A stretch of DNA of 63,640 nucleotides, the filler included, from Collodictyon triciliatum (taxonomy: Eukaryota): the NCBI GenBank assembly GCA_043381765.1. It is 5 parts of 5 records of this genome, joined end to end, with 100 filler letters (N's around TTAATTAATTAA, not from the genome) between each part and the next. Parts side by side here need not be neighbours in the genome. Positions count along the whole stretch, not along the records: positions 1 to 16,535 come from JBHJMP010000223.1; positions 16,636 to 35,629 come from JBHJMP010000224.1; positions 35,730 to 45,102 come from JBHJMP010000225.1; positions 45,203 to 60,245 come from JBHJMP010000228.1; 1 more part is not named here. One strand, 5' to 3'. The notes beneath the pieces were generated by a model, which worked only from the letters and a program-made list of their open reading frames with translations, had not been told where the DNA came from and did no database searches. Shown here one piece after another: positions 15,001 to 48,108 of the stretch; the first letter of the stretch is position 1, and each line of letters starts with the position of its first letter. The position numbers and the translations under genes were made by a program.

Positions 15001-15090
15001 TAAATTAGGAGAAATAAATATGAACAAAAAGGTAGTATTTTTTTTTTTTTTTTTTTTTTTTATTATTTTATTTAAATTTTTTTTTAAAAA

Positions 15091-15126
<36 letters not shown>

Positions 15127-16361
15127 TTAAGAACGCCCCTTAGTAGGAGCGATGATATCAAAGAGACCATACCACTCATGCGACGTTGCTGGGATATTCG
15201 AAAGCAACTTTGCACTATTTCACAAACTGAATCATCACCCAATAGCTCACCCACAGAACTAGTGACGCATGAAGTCAACACCTAAAATATATTGGTCATC
15301 TAATAGTAAAAAAATAAAAGTGGTATATTATGGTATTTAACAAAAAAAAAAGAAAAAGAAAAAGAAAAAAAAAGGGACTTATCAGAAGTACACAAGTAAT
15401 AGATGCCAATCAAAAGATTACATTACCTGGAGAATTCGAGCTAGCACAACCTCATCTCCTTCAGGGTCTGTGGCCTCGAATCGGCAGTGAGTAACAGCCT
15501 AATTTATAAAATGAAAGCGTTTGTCATGACCTTGGCCTTTTTATTCAAAACTAGGATTAAATGATAAACACGTATTTATGCTGAATATTTATATCTATCT
15601 ATCCATCCATCTATATATATTTTTGGTAAAAACTGGCCCAATGACATCGAAATTCCTGAGAGTCAAGAAAACAGTTCGAAAATTACAAAAATAAAAAAAG
15701 AGGAGGATTATCATACTTCTATAATCCCATGAATAGCTCTAGATGCATCGGTGGTTTGTTTTTCTAATGAAACGAATTATTACGGAATTGGGAATGCAAG
15801 TAAATATTTTCGATGGTCATATTCATTTAATTTAAGCATAATTTAAAGATCTCACTGATGATGTTTGCTCGAATAAAATGGTCGAGAGAAGATAGGGATA
15901 CACCGGTAATTGGACCGCTTGTGGACTATACATGTTATGGAAAAACGAGATAGATGTACGTCATGTTTAGAGCAGTCATATTGCGCAGCTATTTTCCTGG
16001 TGGTGTATGCATGAATATGGATGTAAATCCCTCATTCATAATTGTAGTATAAAAGTGCTTGAGAATTATCAGACAAAGACCTCAGATGTGATAATGTCCA
16101 AAAACGGTTGAATGAAAAACAATGGATCGACTTCATCAAAGTTTGCTACATAAATGAATGTAGTTAATTTCTTACATTTAAAAATATTTAGTGCATACCT
16201 TCATAAGGGAAAACAAATACGAACTAACAAATTGTGATGTAAATCTCATGTATTTTGACAAAAAAAAAAAACTAAAAAAAACTTGAGGGAACCAAGTCCT
16301 TAGTGATGATTTGCATTCCTTTGAGAAGACTCAAGTCAGTGGTGTCCATCACAGACTTCGA
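5965..16361 (-). CDS. GBF1: Large ARF guanine-nucleotide exchange factor of the GBF1/Gea/GNOM class (DCB-HUS-Sec7-HDS); first exon lost at the scaffold end
   Basis: [63 protein letters not shown] box: LFLNYDA. Sec7 motif 1 [12 protein letters not shown] (~12196-12230) and motif 2 [14 protein letters not shown] (~11720-11765). GBF1-type C-terminus [14 protein letters not shown]...[20 protein letters not shown]. Confidence 0.93.
9528..9893. repeat. Two intronic tandem repeats: (GTAGAAATATAA)~5 at 9528-9588 and (CAAAGT)n at ~9822-9893
   Basis: Directly visible, in separate GBF1 introns. Confidence 0.9.
10803..11045. repeat. Compound intronic SSR (AAAGC)n-(AAAAGAC)n-(AAAAT)n
   Basis: Directly visible. 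Confidence 0.95.
11863..12073. repeat. Compound intronic SSR (AAAAC)n-polyA-(AAAAAT)n inside the Sec7 coding region
   Basis: Directly visible. Confidence 0.95.
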
Positions 16362-16535
16362 CTGAATAGTAAAGGGATTCGAACTTATCAATATTGAATC
16401 TGGTTGCAATAACGTGGTGAAGCCAAAATGAACTGAGAAGAATAGAAGAATAGAAGAATAGAAGAATAGAAGAATAGAAGAATAGAAGAATAGAAGAATA
16501 GAAGAATAGAAGAATAGAAGAATAGAAGAATAGAA

Positions 16536-16635
16536 NNNNNNNNNNNNNNNNNNNNNNNNNNNNNNNNNNNNNNNNNNNNTTAATTAATTAANNNNNNNNN
16601 NNNNNNNNNNNNNNNNNNNNNNNNNNNNNNNNNNN
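16536..16635. other. Artificial scaffold-joining spacer
   Basis: N44-TTAATTAATTAA-N44, giving stops in all six frames. Confidence 0.97.
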
Positions 16636-16885
16636 AAAAAGAAAAAAAAGAAACAAAAGAAACAAAAGAAACAAAAGAAACAAAAGAAACAAAAGAAACA
16701 AAAGAAACAAAAGAAACAAAAGAAACAAAAGAAAAAAGAAAAAAGAAAAAAGAAAAAAGAAAAAAGAAAAAAGAAAAAAGAAAAAAGAAAAAAGAAAAAT
16801 GAAAAATGAAAAAAGAAAAAGAAAAAGAAAAAGAAAAAGAAAAAGAAAAAGAAAAAGAAAAGAAAGTCAATGACCGATGGCTTAC

Positions 16886-35374
<18,489 letters not shown>

Positions 35375-35629
35375 TATTTCCTTGCGTCCTTGTAAAAAAA
35401 ATTATGTTTTCTTTTTGCTTTTTTGTTTGTTTTTTGTTTTTGTTTGTTTTTTTGTTTGTTTTTTTGTTTGTTTTTTGTTTTCTAGTTTTATTGTTTTATT
35501 GTTTTATTGTTTTATTGTTTGTTTTTTTTGTTTGTTTTTTGTTTTATTGTTTTATTGTTTTATTGTTTTATTGTTTTATTGTTTTATTGTTTTATTGTTT
35601 TATTGTTTTATTGTTTTATTGTTTTATTG

Positions 35630-35729
35630 NNNNNNNNNNNNNNNNNNNNNNNNNNNNNNNNNNNNNNNNNNNNTTAATTAATTAANNNNNNNNNNNNNNN
35701 NNNNNNNNNNNNNNNNNNNNNNNNNNNNN
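35630..35729. other. Artificial scaffold-joining spacer
   Basis: N44-TTAATTAATTAA-N44. Confidence 0.97.
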
Positions 35730-36200
35730 ATAAAAAAGAATAAAAAAGAATAAAAAAGAATAAAAAAAGAATAAAAAAGAATAAAAAAGAATAAAAAAGA
35801 ATAAAAAAGAATAAAAAAGAATAAAAAAAGAATAAAAAAGAATAAAAAAAGAATAAAAAAGAATAAAAAAGAATAAAAAGAATAAAAAAGAATAAAAAAG
35901 AATAAAAAAAGAATAAAAAAGAATAAAAAAAGAATAAAAAAGAAGAATAAAAAAAGAAGAATAAAAAAAGAAGAATAAAAAAAGAAGAATAAAAAAGAAG
36001 AATAAAAAAGAAGAATAAAAAAGAAGAATAAAAAAGAAGAATAAAAAAAGAAGAATAAAAAAGAAGAATAAAAAAAGAAGAATAAAAAAAGAAGAATAAA
36101 AAAAGAAGAATAAAAAAGAATAAAAAAGAATAAAAAAGAATAAAAAAGAATAAAAAAGAATAAAAAAGAACAAAAAATAAAGAAGAATAAAAAAGAATAA
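35730..36200. repeat. Degenerate (AAAAAAGAAT)/(AAAAAAGAAGAAT)n array
   Basis: Directly visible. Confidence 0.95.
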
Positions 36201-36329
36201 AAATTTGATACAAAGGGCAAATCATTATAAGTAAATACAGAAATGAATATCAAAATAATTAATAAAATAATTGGCAATAGAAAGAATAACAATAAAGGGA
36301 AATTATTAAAAAGAATATAAATATGCAAG

Positions 36330-37778
36330 CGGCTTTTGGATACTACTTTCGTATTTCGGAAACGATGTGGACAACATCGATAGCATTCAGCATATACCGA
36401 TTGATTGTTCATATGGACACAGAAGTATCAATCGAATAAAATTTAAATTATTTTTTTTTCATAACATACCGGACAAAAAAAATACACAAATTAAAACTTA
36501 CGTTTCATGTAAACAAATGTACGCATGTTAGACTAGCAGATACGAACCATTGTTCCACATGGTTAATTGGGGCCTACCGTTTGTCCTTTTGATGGTATTA
36601 GTTGGCCTAGATGCATTGGGTACATCAGATCCATTGTGAGCAAATACCCATGCTTTATTAAAATATTTATATACATTGTCGAATCGAATGAAGAAGAAAA
36701 AAATGTTCATATAGCCCCATATTTTTCTGGTTAACAAAACAGTATATTCACAGAGATTTACAACGTTAAACAAAGAAATAATCTTGGACATATTTTGATT
36801 ATGCACTCACTCTAGTTGCTACATATCTGATGATTTCGCTGTGCTTCGGTATCCGTTCATATTCGGTGTCATTATATCAGTTTTGATAATTGATGTTTAC
36901 TTTTACATCAAGGTCTATCATGGTATAAGGAGGCATGTTTTGGTTTGTAGATTGATTTTGAACAATAGATATCACCACATTTTTAATAATGATATGAAAC
37001 CGAAACTGTATGGTACTTCCCCGTTCCTACCGAAATTCTCAGTAAGTAATTCAACTCCAGGAAACATCAGACACAATATCATCAAGTACACATGCCTATT
37101 CAGGATTCGAGGTCCGAATATCAAAGAGAATCATCCACATAATCACTGTGTTTGTATTCTGCTGGTCATGGCCAATCCTAAATCGCACATACTCTCTAAT
37201 AGAACCAGAGCGAAATGTACAAGCATATATTTTTTTTTATTATTATTATATACTCATAAAGATTATTGCCCTTTTCAACAATTTAATGCAGATATGTTCT
37301 TATGTAAAAAGCCAAGATGACCCATCTACTCTATTTTTCCAAATCCATCCATTTTAGTTTCCCTTATACCTCCTTCACCACCTTTTTGTTCCGCTGGAGG
37401 GATTTTGTAACAGCGTCATATATGGTCGTAACAAAGAAAGGAGTTTGAGACTTACTTCTGGGTACATGTTGCACATAATTTAACAGCTCATTTATTCCTT
37501 TCATACCACACACATAGTTGTTAACTTTAAGTCCGATTTTTCTGAAAACAAAACTAACTATGATTTACATATTCGGAACTACGAAAAGACCATCCCCGGT
37601 AGAAAAATCAACAACGGTAAGAACTACTTCATTTGATAAGCTTCAACACATATTTTCTTTGGGACATTTTTTTTCTGTGAAGAGGATATAAAAAGATATC
37701 GACATTATGTAGGATGATTGGGTATTCACATCTCCTGAATCGGGGCTGACGTCTGCTGAATACGACAATTCCTCTTAA
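36330..37778 (+). CDS. 7TM GPCR of the cAMP-receptor-like/GCR1 (Dicty_CAR) family, TM3-TM7; 5' part lost at the scaffold end; 3' exons after TM7 uncertain
   Basis: Phase-consistent exons give TM3 AFGYYFRISETMWTTSIAFSIY, TM4 YEPLFHMVNWGLPFVLL, ECL2 FCYI, TM5 LRYPFIFGVIISVLIIDVYFY, TM6 KRIIHIITVFVFCWSWPILNR and TM7 FPLYLLHHLFVPLEGFCNSVIYG. Confidence 0.85.
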
Positions 37779-37953
37779 CACATTTTCCCTTCAATATTTC
37801 CTTTAATAATGATTTCATATATCAATTCTTAAATACTGACAATCATAAAGAGTCATGTACACATACTCTTTCGAAATAAAGAAAACAAACAATTTCTACA
37901 TTTGCATCTAAAACGTAAAGCGCATTATCTCTTTATTGTGCGTAGAAAACAGG

Positions 37954-39121
37954 TCAAATCACTTCATCGGCAAAGGCTTTGTCTTGTTCGTCTTGTAGAT
38001 AGGCAGCGAAAACAGGAACACTTGGCGCAAACATCTCGACGAACGAGGATAGGCTAAACCTATGAGGGAAATCGATATGTAAATCTATTCAATATGATGG
38101 ATGAGAGAACACATGAAAAAATTAAAGGAGGTACATTCTTACATAATTTCCTCAGCATTCTCTTCCATCAGAAGTGATGGAGAACCTTGCAAAATTTTCA
38201 ATTGCCTGGAATCACAAAAGGAACAATTTATATAGATTGACATATCTCAGTCTTTATGTAATCTGTATTCAAAACTGCATTATCTACACATATAAATATG
38301 ATGATTGATGATGGATACTGGACAATTTTTCTTGAAGAAGAGTAATCCTTTTTGGATAGATAGACATTCATCCTGGCAAAGAATTGAGGGATGGAGCACA
38401 TGTCGTTTACTGAGTACATTCAAAGTTAATTTTTGTTTGATAGGGTTTGCATGTCCTCTTCAAAAAGATGGATGCTCTGTATGACTGTTATGACGGCAGA
38501 ATAGAATATATGGCTGTTTACTAAGAGGGCACATTACCTGTCTCTAATAGCACAGCAACCTCGCTAAAGATCTGTGCACTCACCGCATCATCCTCTTCAG
38601 ACTCAGATTCATCGGAGGGTTCTTCGGAGTCATGGGATTTGGCACCACTCTTTACTTCGAGAAGATCTTTTCCCAGCCTTGTCATTACATATAGAGCCAC
38701 CTTCGTTGTCTGTGTTATGAAGGTTCCTGTTATCTGTGGCATACCAATCGGGTCGAAAGAGACCACCACATCATAATAATTAACTATATCATACTTGGTC
38801 GATACGCTGCTCAGTCAGGAGCGAAGAAACCCTCTTGCTTATCGTGCGGTTAATAAGGGCAAATAATGATACCAGGGCGATGTGCACCTCCAGAAATGCA
38901 GAGACATGCTTACCTTTATTCACAGAAAATAAAATAAAAGAAAGCTCATTTAGCTGAGTACTGGTTCATTGAACGGAGGCTAAAACTTCAATATGAAATA
39001 TGCACACGTGTTTTCATTCTCTCCTTTTTTTTCTGAATTTTTTTCTCATACTTGTAGAGTCCAATACAGAGTGAATGTTGTCTGCTAATTGCAGTAACAC
39101 CGTACTATCTATTTCGATGCC
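37954..39121 (-). CDS. 3' exons of a helical protein, probably the C-terminal part of the neurochondrin gene
   Basis: Spliced minus-strand exons IEIDSTVLLQLADNIHSVLDST, KHVSAFLEVHIALVSLFALINR, an acidic patch EEPSDESESEEDD, and a final FAAYLQDEQDKAFADEVI*. No start exon was found between 39121 and the N gap. Confidence 0.6.
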
Positions 39122-39669
39122 TTCTGACTTTCTCAGAGAAAAGTGATATGCGTCGCAGTCATTAGCATCAACACGTTAACGGATCATATGTTATGAACCA
39201 CATAGAATAAAAGGNNNNNNNNNNNNNNNNNNNNNNNNNNNNNNNNNNNNNNNNNNNNNNNNNNNNNNNNNNNNNNNNNNNNNNNNNNNNNNNNNNNNNN
39301 NNNNNNNNNNNNNNNNNNNNNNNNNNNNNNNNNNNNNNNNNNNNNNNNNNNNNNNNNNNNNNNNNNNNNNNNNNNNNNNNNNNNNNNNNNNNNNNNNNNN
39401 NNNNNNNNNNNNNNNNNNNNNNNNNNNNNNNNNNNNNNNNNNNNNNNNNNNNNNNNNNNNNNNNNNNNNNNNNNNNNNNNNNNNNNNNNNNNNNNNNNNN
39501 NNNNNNNNNNNNNNNNNNNNNNNNNNNNNNNNNNNNNNNNNNNNNNNNNNNNNNNNNNNNNNNNNNNNNNNNNNNNNNNNNNNNNNNNNNNNNNNNNNNN
39601 NNNNNNNNNNNNNNNNNNNNNNNNNNNNNNNNNNNNNNNNNNNNNNNNNNNNNNNNNNNNNNNNNNNNN

Positions 39670-40402
39670 CAGAATGGTGAGATATACTCCACCACCACGC
39701 CGTCATCTATAAAGTTGAATGAAACGGGGCTTAGTTTAAGCGTCTCTTTCAGTGATTTTCCAGTAGAGATGGTATTAACTCGAGGAGAACTCCTGGTGGC
39801 CGATTTCGGAATATCGTTCTTTCCAGACACTGGGTCTCAACTGACCATCCAAGGAAGTAGCAAAGAATGGCGCGTGCTGAACACTTTCCTCTACTCTGGC
39901 CGTTCCAGTGATATATTTATTCGATGTCAGCCTCTTCCAAATAACAAGTACAAGCTTTTGTCCCTTATCTTTCGGGTGCCTTTAGTAAAAAATGCGAACA
40001 CGCCAAGCTATTCTTTTGCATCAGTCCTTCCGACACTCTTCGGTATATCTCAAATGGCAGGTGCAGATAATACAAACCAAGCTCCAAGGGCAGGACCAAC
40101 ACAGGCTTCTCAGGGAGGTGTATTCACAAATATGCTCCGTGCAATTGTCCTATCTGCTGACTCATCTGATAATTCATCTGGAACACAGACAGCCACTGGT
40201 AGGATATCCTTAAAATATATTTTCTTCTTTCTTACCCTGATTCCATTCGATTCATGAAGCATTTTTTCAATTCAATTTGACATTCTTCATTCCGATCTCC
40301 AATAAATGCTCTTCAATCACGGTTTCTCTTGACCAACCAGTTCTCATCCCGAATGCGGCCTCCCTGCAGCAATATCTGTCAGCTCTGCTCGACCTATCAT
40401 AG
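39670..40402 (+). CDS. Unknown protein, 3' part (exons 39670-~40198 and 40341-40402)
   Basis: Open frame of about 175 codons running out of the N gap, a GT donor at ACT G|gtagga, then acceptor ccag|TT and a last exon VLIPNAASLQQYLSALLDLS*. No family recognised. Confidence 0.6.
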
Positions 40403-41098
40403 GCTGGCGATGATGTACTCGGTCTTGCAAAGATTACTGAATTATTAATGCCCGATATATAAATAAAAAAAAAAATACCTTGAACACACTAGCAATCCTC
40501 TTTCCAGCACGAATGAACTAATCCACTTGAGAAACACGCTTGTGTATTGCTTTTTGTTCGATGAGTTATTTCAAGGACTAATAGTCAAACCAAGTGTTTC
40601 GTATATTTTTTTCCATCTCACCCAGCACGCGATTTTTTTCATTTGGAATGAGACTCCAAAAAGAAATCGAGTTTTGGGCATAATTGTTTTTTTCATTTTT
40701 TTTTTGATTCTATGATTGGTAGACTATGTTGGTCTCATTTCTCTGCCCATTCATCGTGAGAGTTGTGTAGATTTGATGCGTTGCAATTCGGACATCACTG
40801 CCGCATCCAACAACCGCCCACGTTGCCCCCGCTGTGGCAACGACCTCAAAAACCCAGCGAAGCGTTGCATCATACCAAATGAAGCAATATCGATCTTGCT
40901 TTTAGATACCGCTGCTCTTCAGATACCGCCCAGCGCTAAGACAAGGAAACGCAGCTATAATAACGCCCAATTAAAAAACAGGGCTGTGAGTCACCAACTC
41001 TGCGAGCAAACCAAAGTGATTCATTGCCCCCAACAAAGAAAACCACTCACCAAACGTCAAAACACTGCCAAAAAGCGAGCCACGCCACGAGTTTTGGC

Positions 41099-41431
41099 CA
41101 TGTCGGAACACAAAAGCGCAGGCAAACGAGCAGCGGAGGACGGGAGCGAACATCGCCCTGGGAAGAAGGAATGGTCGGGGAATTCTTTGTCGCCCTCTGA
41201 AAAGGACAGCCGGGCACACGCTTCCAATCGCGGAGGCCAAACGCGAGGATTTGCCCGAGGCGGACGATCATCCGGGTCTGATCCGCAACAACGCAGAGGA
41301 ACACCGTCTCATCCGCAAAACATATGGAACTTTGAGCAGGGCCATGAAAGCATCTTTGTGGTGGAGGGCTCGAGGCAGGTTGATCTTGCGGCTGAGGCGC
41401 CCCACCCGCTGGTTGAGTATGCTCGCTGGAA
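41099..41431 (+). CDS. First exon of a gene whose remainder is missing; weak resemblance to the PCIF1/CAPAM N-terminal region
   Basis: GC-rich open frame MSEHKSAGKR...IWNFEQGHESIFVVEGSRQVDLAAEAPHPLVEYARWK ending at the donor AAG|gtttct, followed by a repeat-rich intron and a gap. Confidence 0.5.
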
Positions 41432-41619
41432 GGTTTCTTTTCTGCGTTCTTTACCTTGTCGTTTGTTCATTTTCCGCTTTTCTTGTCCTCTTTACTTCTT
41501 TTTCGAAGAAATGTATTGTTTTTACATGCGAGTCTTTCTATTTTTTCTTTTTTAGAGATATGATGTTGAATATGGAAAAAAAGAAAAGAAAAAGAAAAAG
41601 AAAAAGAAAAAGAAAAAAG

Positions 41620-41660
<41 letters not shown>

Positions 41661-42108
41661 AAAAAAGAAAAAAAGAAAAAAAGAAAAAAAGAAAAAAAGN
41701 NNNNNNNNNNNNNNNNNNNNNNNNNNNNNNNNNNNNNNNNNNNNNNNNNNNNNNNNNNNNNNNNNNNNNNNNNNNNNNNNNNNNNNNNNNNNNNNNNNNA
41801 CAAACAAACAAAACAAACAAAACAAACAAAAAACAAACAAAAGATAACAAACAAAAGATAACAAACAAAAGAAAACAAACAAAAAACAAACAAAAGAAAA
41901 CAAACAAAAGAAAACAAACAAAAGAAAACAAACAAAAGAAAACAAACAAAAGAAAACAAACAAAAGAAAACAAACAAAAGAAAAAAACAAAAGAAAACAA
42001 ACAAAAGAAAACAAACAAAAGAAAACAAACAAAAGAAAACAAACAAAAGAAAAAAAAATAGAGGCATGAATTATATTTGAGATGTATTCATCAAGAATAA
42101 AATTTTGC

Positions 42109-42678
42109 CTCATCTGGTGGGATTTCCACCGGCTTGTTTAGTTGAATTGATAAGGTTAGGACGTCTCCCTTTTGAATTATATACCAATTTCATTTAGATA
42201 AAATAGTAGAATGCACGTATAACAAGCTGGATGTATGAGCAACTGAAGCAGAGTATTTTACTAGAATTTAAATATAGCTAATACACTCCGATTGTAAAAT
42301 GAGATTCCTTACCTTGACTGAGTTACTCAGGGATGACAACAAATAATCGCCAATTTTTGTTCTTAAAAAAGTGTTTCGGTGGGCCGGATTTTTCAATATT
42401 TTAGATATTCCAGGGAACAAGTAATTAAATGCATCACTTGTAGCATCACTGCAATTTTAAAATAAAGATATACGTTTAGGTGGAACAACATCATACTATG
42501 TTTTCTATCCTTCACTTCAAGTTAAATACCTTAATAGCGCCTTCTCCTCTATTACAGGCAACGCTTTGGCGATGTCTTCAACGTAATATTCTACATCACG
42601 AGAGAACCAGCTCCCGATGATGCGAAGTGATTTCAGAAAGAGAACATTAGCTCCGTCTTTGTGCTCAAACTAGTCAAA

Positions 42679-42774
<96 letters not shown>

Positions 42775-45030
42775 GAAGCATGTCCGAGGAATTGTAGTTC
42801 ATATATAAATTGTAAACTGGATGACTTGTTCGCACTTTACCTCGATATGATGGATAAAATGAAGACATGAAATCACACAATTCACTATGCTCGAAGTGAG
42901 ACGCATCAGCGTAGGCCCAGGCAAAGTTTGCCACTATACGAACAATATATATATATATACAAAATCCAGAGTTCAGAGTTTCAAAATTATTATTTTTGGT
43001 CCAGATAGATAAACATGACCAGGAAGTGAGAAGCTCACCTCGTCATATCTATCCAAGAAATCTATGAATAAATCAGTGATATCCAGGCAAGTTGCAAAAT
43101 GGTGCAGAATGGGCGGTTTATACTTTTTCTCTTGGTGAATATCCTCTGAATAATTTCATTCATATGATTGTTGTTTTAATATTTCTTATCTGAAAAGTAT
43201 GTGTTAACAACACACACCTATAGATTGAATGATGAACAACGAACTATGAAAAAGATGAACCTTGAATTAAGAGGCGTAGTTCTGTTTGAAGGAGCTGAGA
43301 AAATATGTCAATAAAATAAACGTCTTTATTAGCCGCAGAAACTTCTTCCGGAATCTAGAAATTTGTACATGAATAACGTGAATCAAACACAAGGAGCAAA
43401 TATGTAACACCTTTTTAATTAAAAGACAGAGCATGTACAATAAATAATTGAAGAAAAAGAGAGAACCTTCACAGAAATCCATGACGGGCCAAATAGCCGA
43501 AGCATAGTGTGGCATATTACGAAACATGAGTTCCTATCTCTTTCACCTAATTGAAATCCGTTAATAGGGGAGTGAGTGAAAATTAGAGGAATACCTATGT
43601 TAAAGTGATTAGATTTTTTATTTATTTATCGGTGTTATGACAAGAAATACTCACGAAGCCGATTCAGGACAAGTCTCATACACGAAAATCTCACGAGCGA
43701 GACCCATTCATCAGAGGAATCAGAAAGGTCGGTCTTTTTTCACCCCATTTTTTTGAAATTAATTTTTGATTTTTAGCTTTATCTCAAAAAAAAAAAAACC
43801 TCAGAGTCCTTAGAATAAGTTGTTTCAATTCTTTTTCTTTTAAAAAAACCTTCAGTCCATTCATAATCGATTGACAGTTGAAAATCTCGGCCAATATATA
43901 CAAAGTATCGAACATAGACATATCTGTATGATTCGAAATATATGTTGCAATTTTGTCCACAGATTCTTTCACCAGTGCCAGTTTTTCATCTTGAGAAGAC
44001 AACAGCGAACAAATAATATAAAATGCACACTCTCGAGTTTCTCCTAAAATAGTAGAGTAATAAGAGTACAGAAAACATTCATGAACTCATATTGATATTT
44101 TACTCCAAAGGATGATAAATTAAATGGGTAGGAAAACCTTCTGGCAAATTCAGATAGCCATTTTTGCAGCATAATAATAAATCAAGGCATCCGTCAGTTA
44201 GGTAAGTGCTCACAAATGAATCTCCGGATACATCCATAATACCTAAAATCAATCGGTAGCACACAGCAGACACATCAACCGTCCTAAAAAAATGATTAAA
44301 GTAAATAAAATGATAATTTTTAGAGGAAGCCTGAGTGAAATAAAAGGGAATTCAATAAACAATTAGAGTAAAAATAATTCCATGTAAGGGAGAAGACCAA
44401 AAAATCGCTTTTCATAAGAGCATCATAAAATGCCTGATATAAAAACCCAAACTTATGAAAAAAATATGAAAAATGAAGAAGCATATCTTACTCTGTCGCA
44501 ATAAACCCAAAGAAAACTGAAACGATGTGCCTCATCGACGGATTTAAAAGTACGCTCTTATCCTGTGATACAAGCACCTCTATAATGTTGAGGGCAAGAT
44601 CTCTGTATCCTAAGCGAGAAATTACAATACTTAATTGAATCAGAATCAACTTGTATGTCCTTTTAAAGAATAGATATAACCTGGAGTATTTGTGTGAAGT
44701 AGTCGATACAAGAAAGAACGTTCCACAGAAGGCTGAGTGAGAACAGCAAAGACCTGGTTGCAGTATCCGTCTGGTATATCATCCAGCGGACATCCTATAG
44801 AAAGCTGAATAAGATCAACAAAACGAGGCTGCCCATTATGATTTCTTCGGCCTATTGTCTAATGACAATTGATAGCTGAATAAGTCACAACCCCTTATAG
44901 AAGCATTATGCGAGAAATACGCACCTTGCATACACCGGGGAAGGAGTAGTAGGCCGGCTACTTTCTGCTCGTCTTTTGAACCACAGAGCAAGCCGATGCA
45001 AGTCTGGAGGGAATCTCTTCGACTCGACAT
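42109..45030 (-). CDS. NCDN: Neurochondrin (norbin) homolog, N-terminal and central exons
   Basis: MSSRRDSLQTCIGLLCGSKDEQKVAGLLLL, FLYRLLHT, YRDLALNII, MLRLFGPSWI, LLQTELRLLI, SLRIIGSWFSRD and DAFNYLFPGISKI match neurochondrin family motifs in order. The last exon (42109-~42168, GC donor) is tentative. Confidence 0.85.
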
Positions 45031-45102
45031 AAATGCCGCAGCACGCCGTGCAGCCCTACTTCTTTTCATAAGCAAAAAAAAAAAAACAAAAGAAAAACAA
45101 AA

Positions 45103-45202
45103 NNNNNNNNNNNNNNNNNNNNNNNNNNNNNNNNNNNNNNNNNNNNTTAATTAATTAANNNNNNNNNNNNNNNNNNNNNNNNNNNNNNNNNNNNNNNNNN
45201 NN
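45103..45202. other. Artificial scaffold-joining spacer
   Basis: N44-TTAATTAATTAA-N44. Confidence 0.97.
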
Positions 45203-45203
45203 C

Positions 45204-45566
45204 AGGCTGAATGACATCATACAAATCTCTTTCCTCAATAGCTTTCTTCGCCACCTGCACGTTCTCTACTACTCCGACCCCGTGAGAAGAGACATGTGGA
45301 AAGAAGCTGAGAAGGAGATTAAACCTCGCCTTGTATCTCTCATGCAAGCACAAGACCCAGGCTACAGGCCAAACCGCAGGATGCAATTCCTGATTACCGA
45401 CTACTTCTCCGCCACCCGGCCACCAAGTAGCGCCCATGCAAACGATGGCTGGCGAACCAAAGCCAACATCTCCACCATCCTGCACAAAATTGAAAGGAGA
45501 ATAAAAAAAATCTATCTCACCCGCATCTCCACCTACTTTGGAACTACTTGTCTGATGATTGAATGA
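45204..45566 (+). CDS. Unknown protein, C-terminal fragment at a scaffold start
   Basis: Uninterrupted frame from the gap (RLNDIIQISFLNSFLRHLHVLYYSDP...) to TGA, with balanced base composition. Confidence 0.4.
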   Translation, partial: RLNDIIQISFLNSFLRHLHVLYYSDPVRRDMWKEAEKEIKPRLVSLMQAQDPGYRPNRRMQFLITDYFSATRPPSSAHANDGWRTKANISTILHKIERRIKKIYLTRISTYFGTTCLMIE

Positions 45567-45887
45567 AAGATTGTTAAGACAGGTTCAATAGCTTAGATTT
45601 TTAGAATGAAAAAATGCCTATGTCTTTAAAAAGGTAAATATTATCCCGTACCTTTATACTCATAACAACAAGCCCGCTTTCATGCCACTCTAAGCTCTGC
45701 AGAATAGGTGCGCGGAAAAAAATAGCGATAACTGAGGGCTGCAACCGCTTCAACCACAGAAAGATTGTTGCGTTCGGCGCAACCACACCAAAGTCTTAAC
45801 GCGATGTTTATAGAAAGAAAAAGAAAGAAAAAGCGAGAGCTGAGATACCAAAGAGAGCAGAAGGCGCAGCCTCAAAGGATATCAATC

Positions 45888-48108
<2,221 letters not shown>

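Noticed and set aside
16580..16591. Palindromic TTAATTAATTAA recurring four times
   Set aside because: Always centred in exactly 100-bp N spacers, so it is a six-frame-stop concatenation linker. Gene neighbourhoods across these points have no biological meaning.
40204..40337. ATATCCTT at an exon end, resembling a U12 AT-AC donor
   Set aside because: A canonical GT five bases upstream gives a clean GT-AG intron. The candidate branch point is too close to the AC, and the same 8-mer occurs by chance elsewhere (e.g. ~31782, ~62106).
45767..45783. Hairpin GTTGCG-TTCGG-CGCAAC as an RNA element
   Set aside because: Only a 6-bp stem with no tRNA or snRNA context, so compatible with chance.
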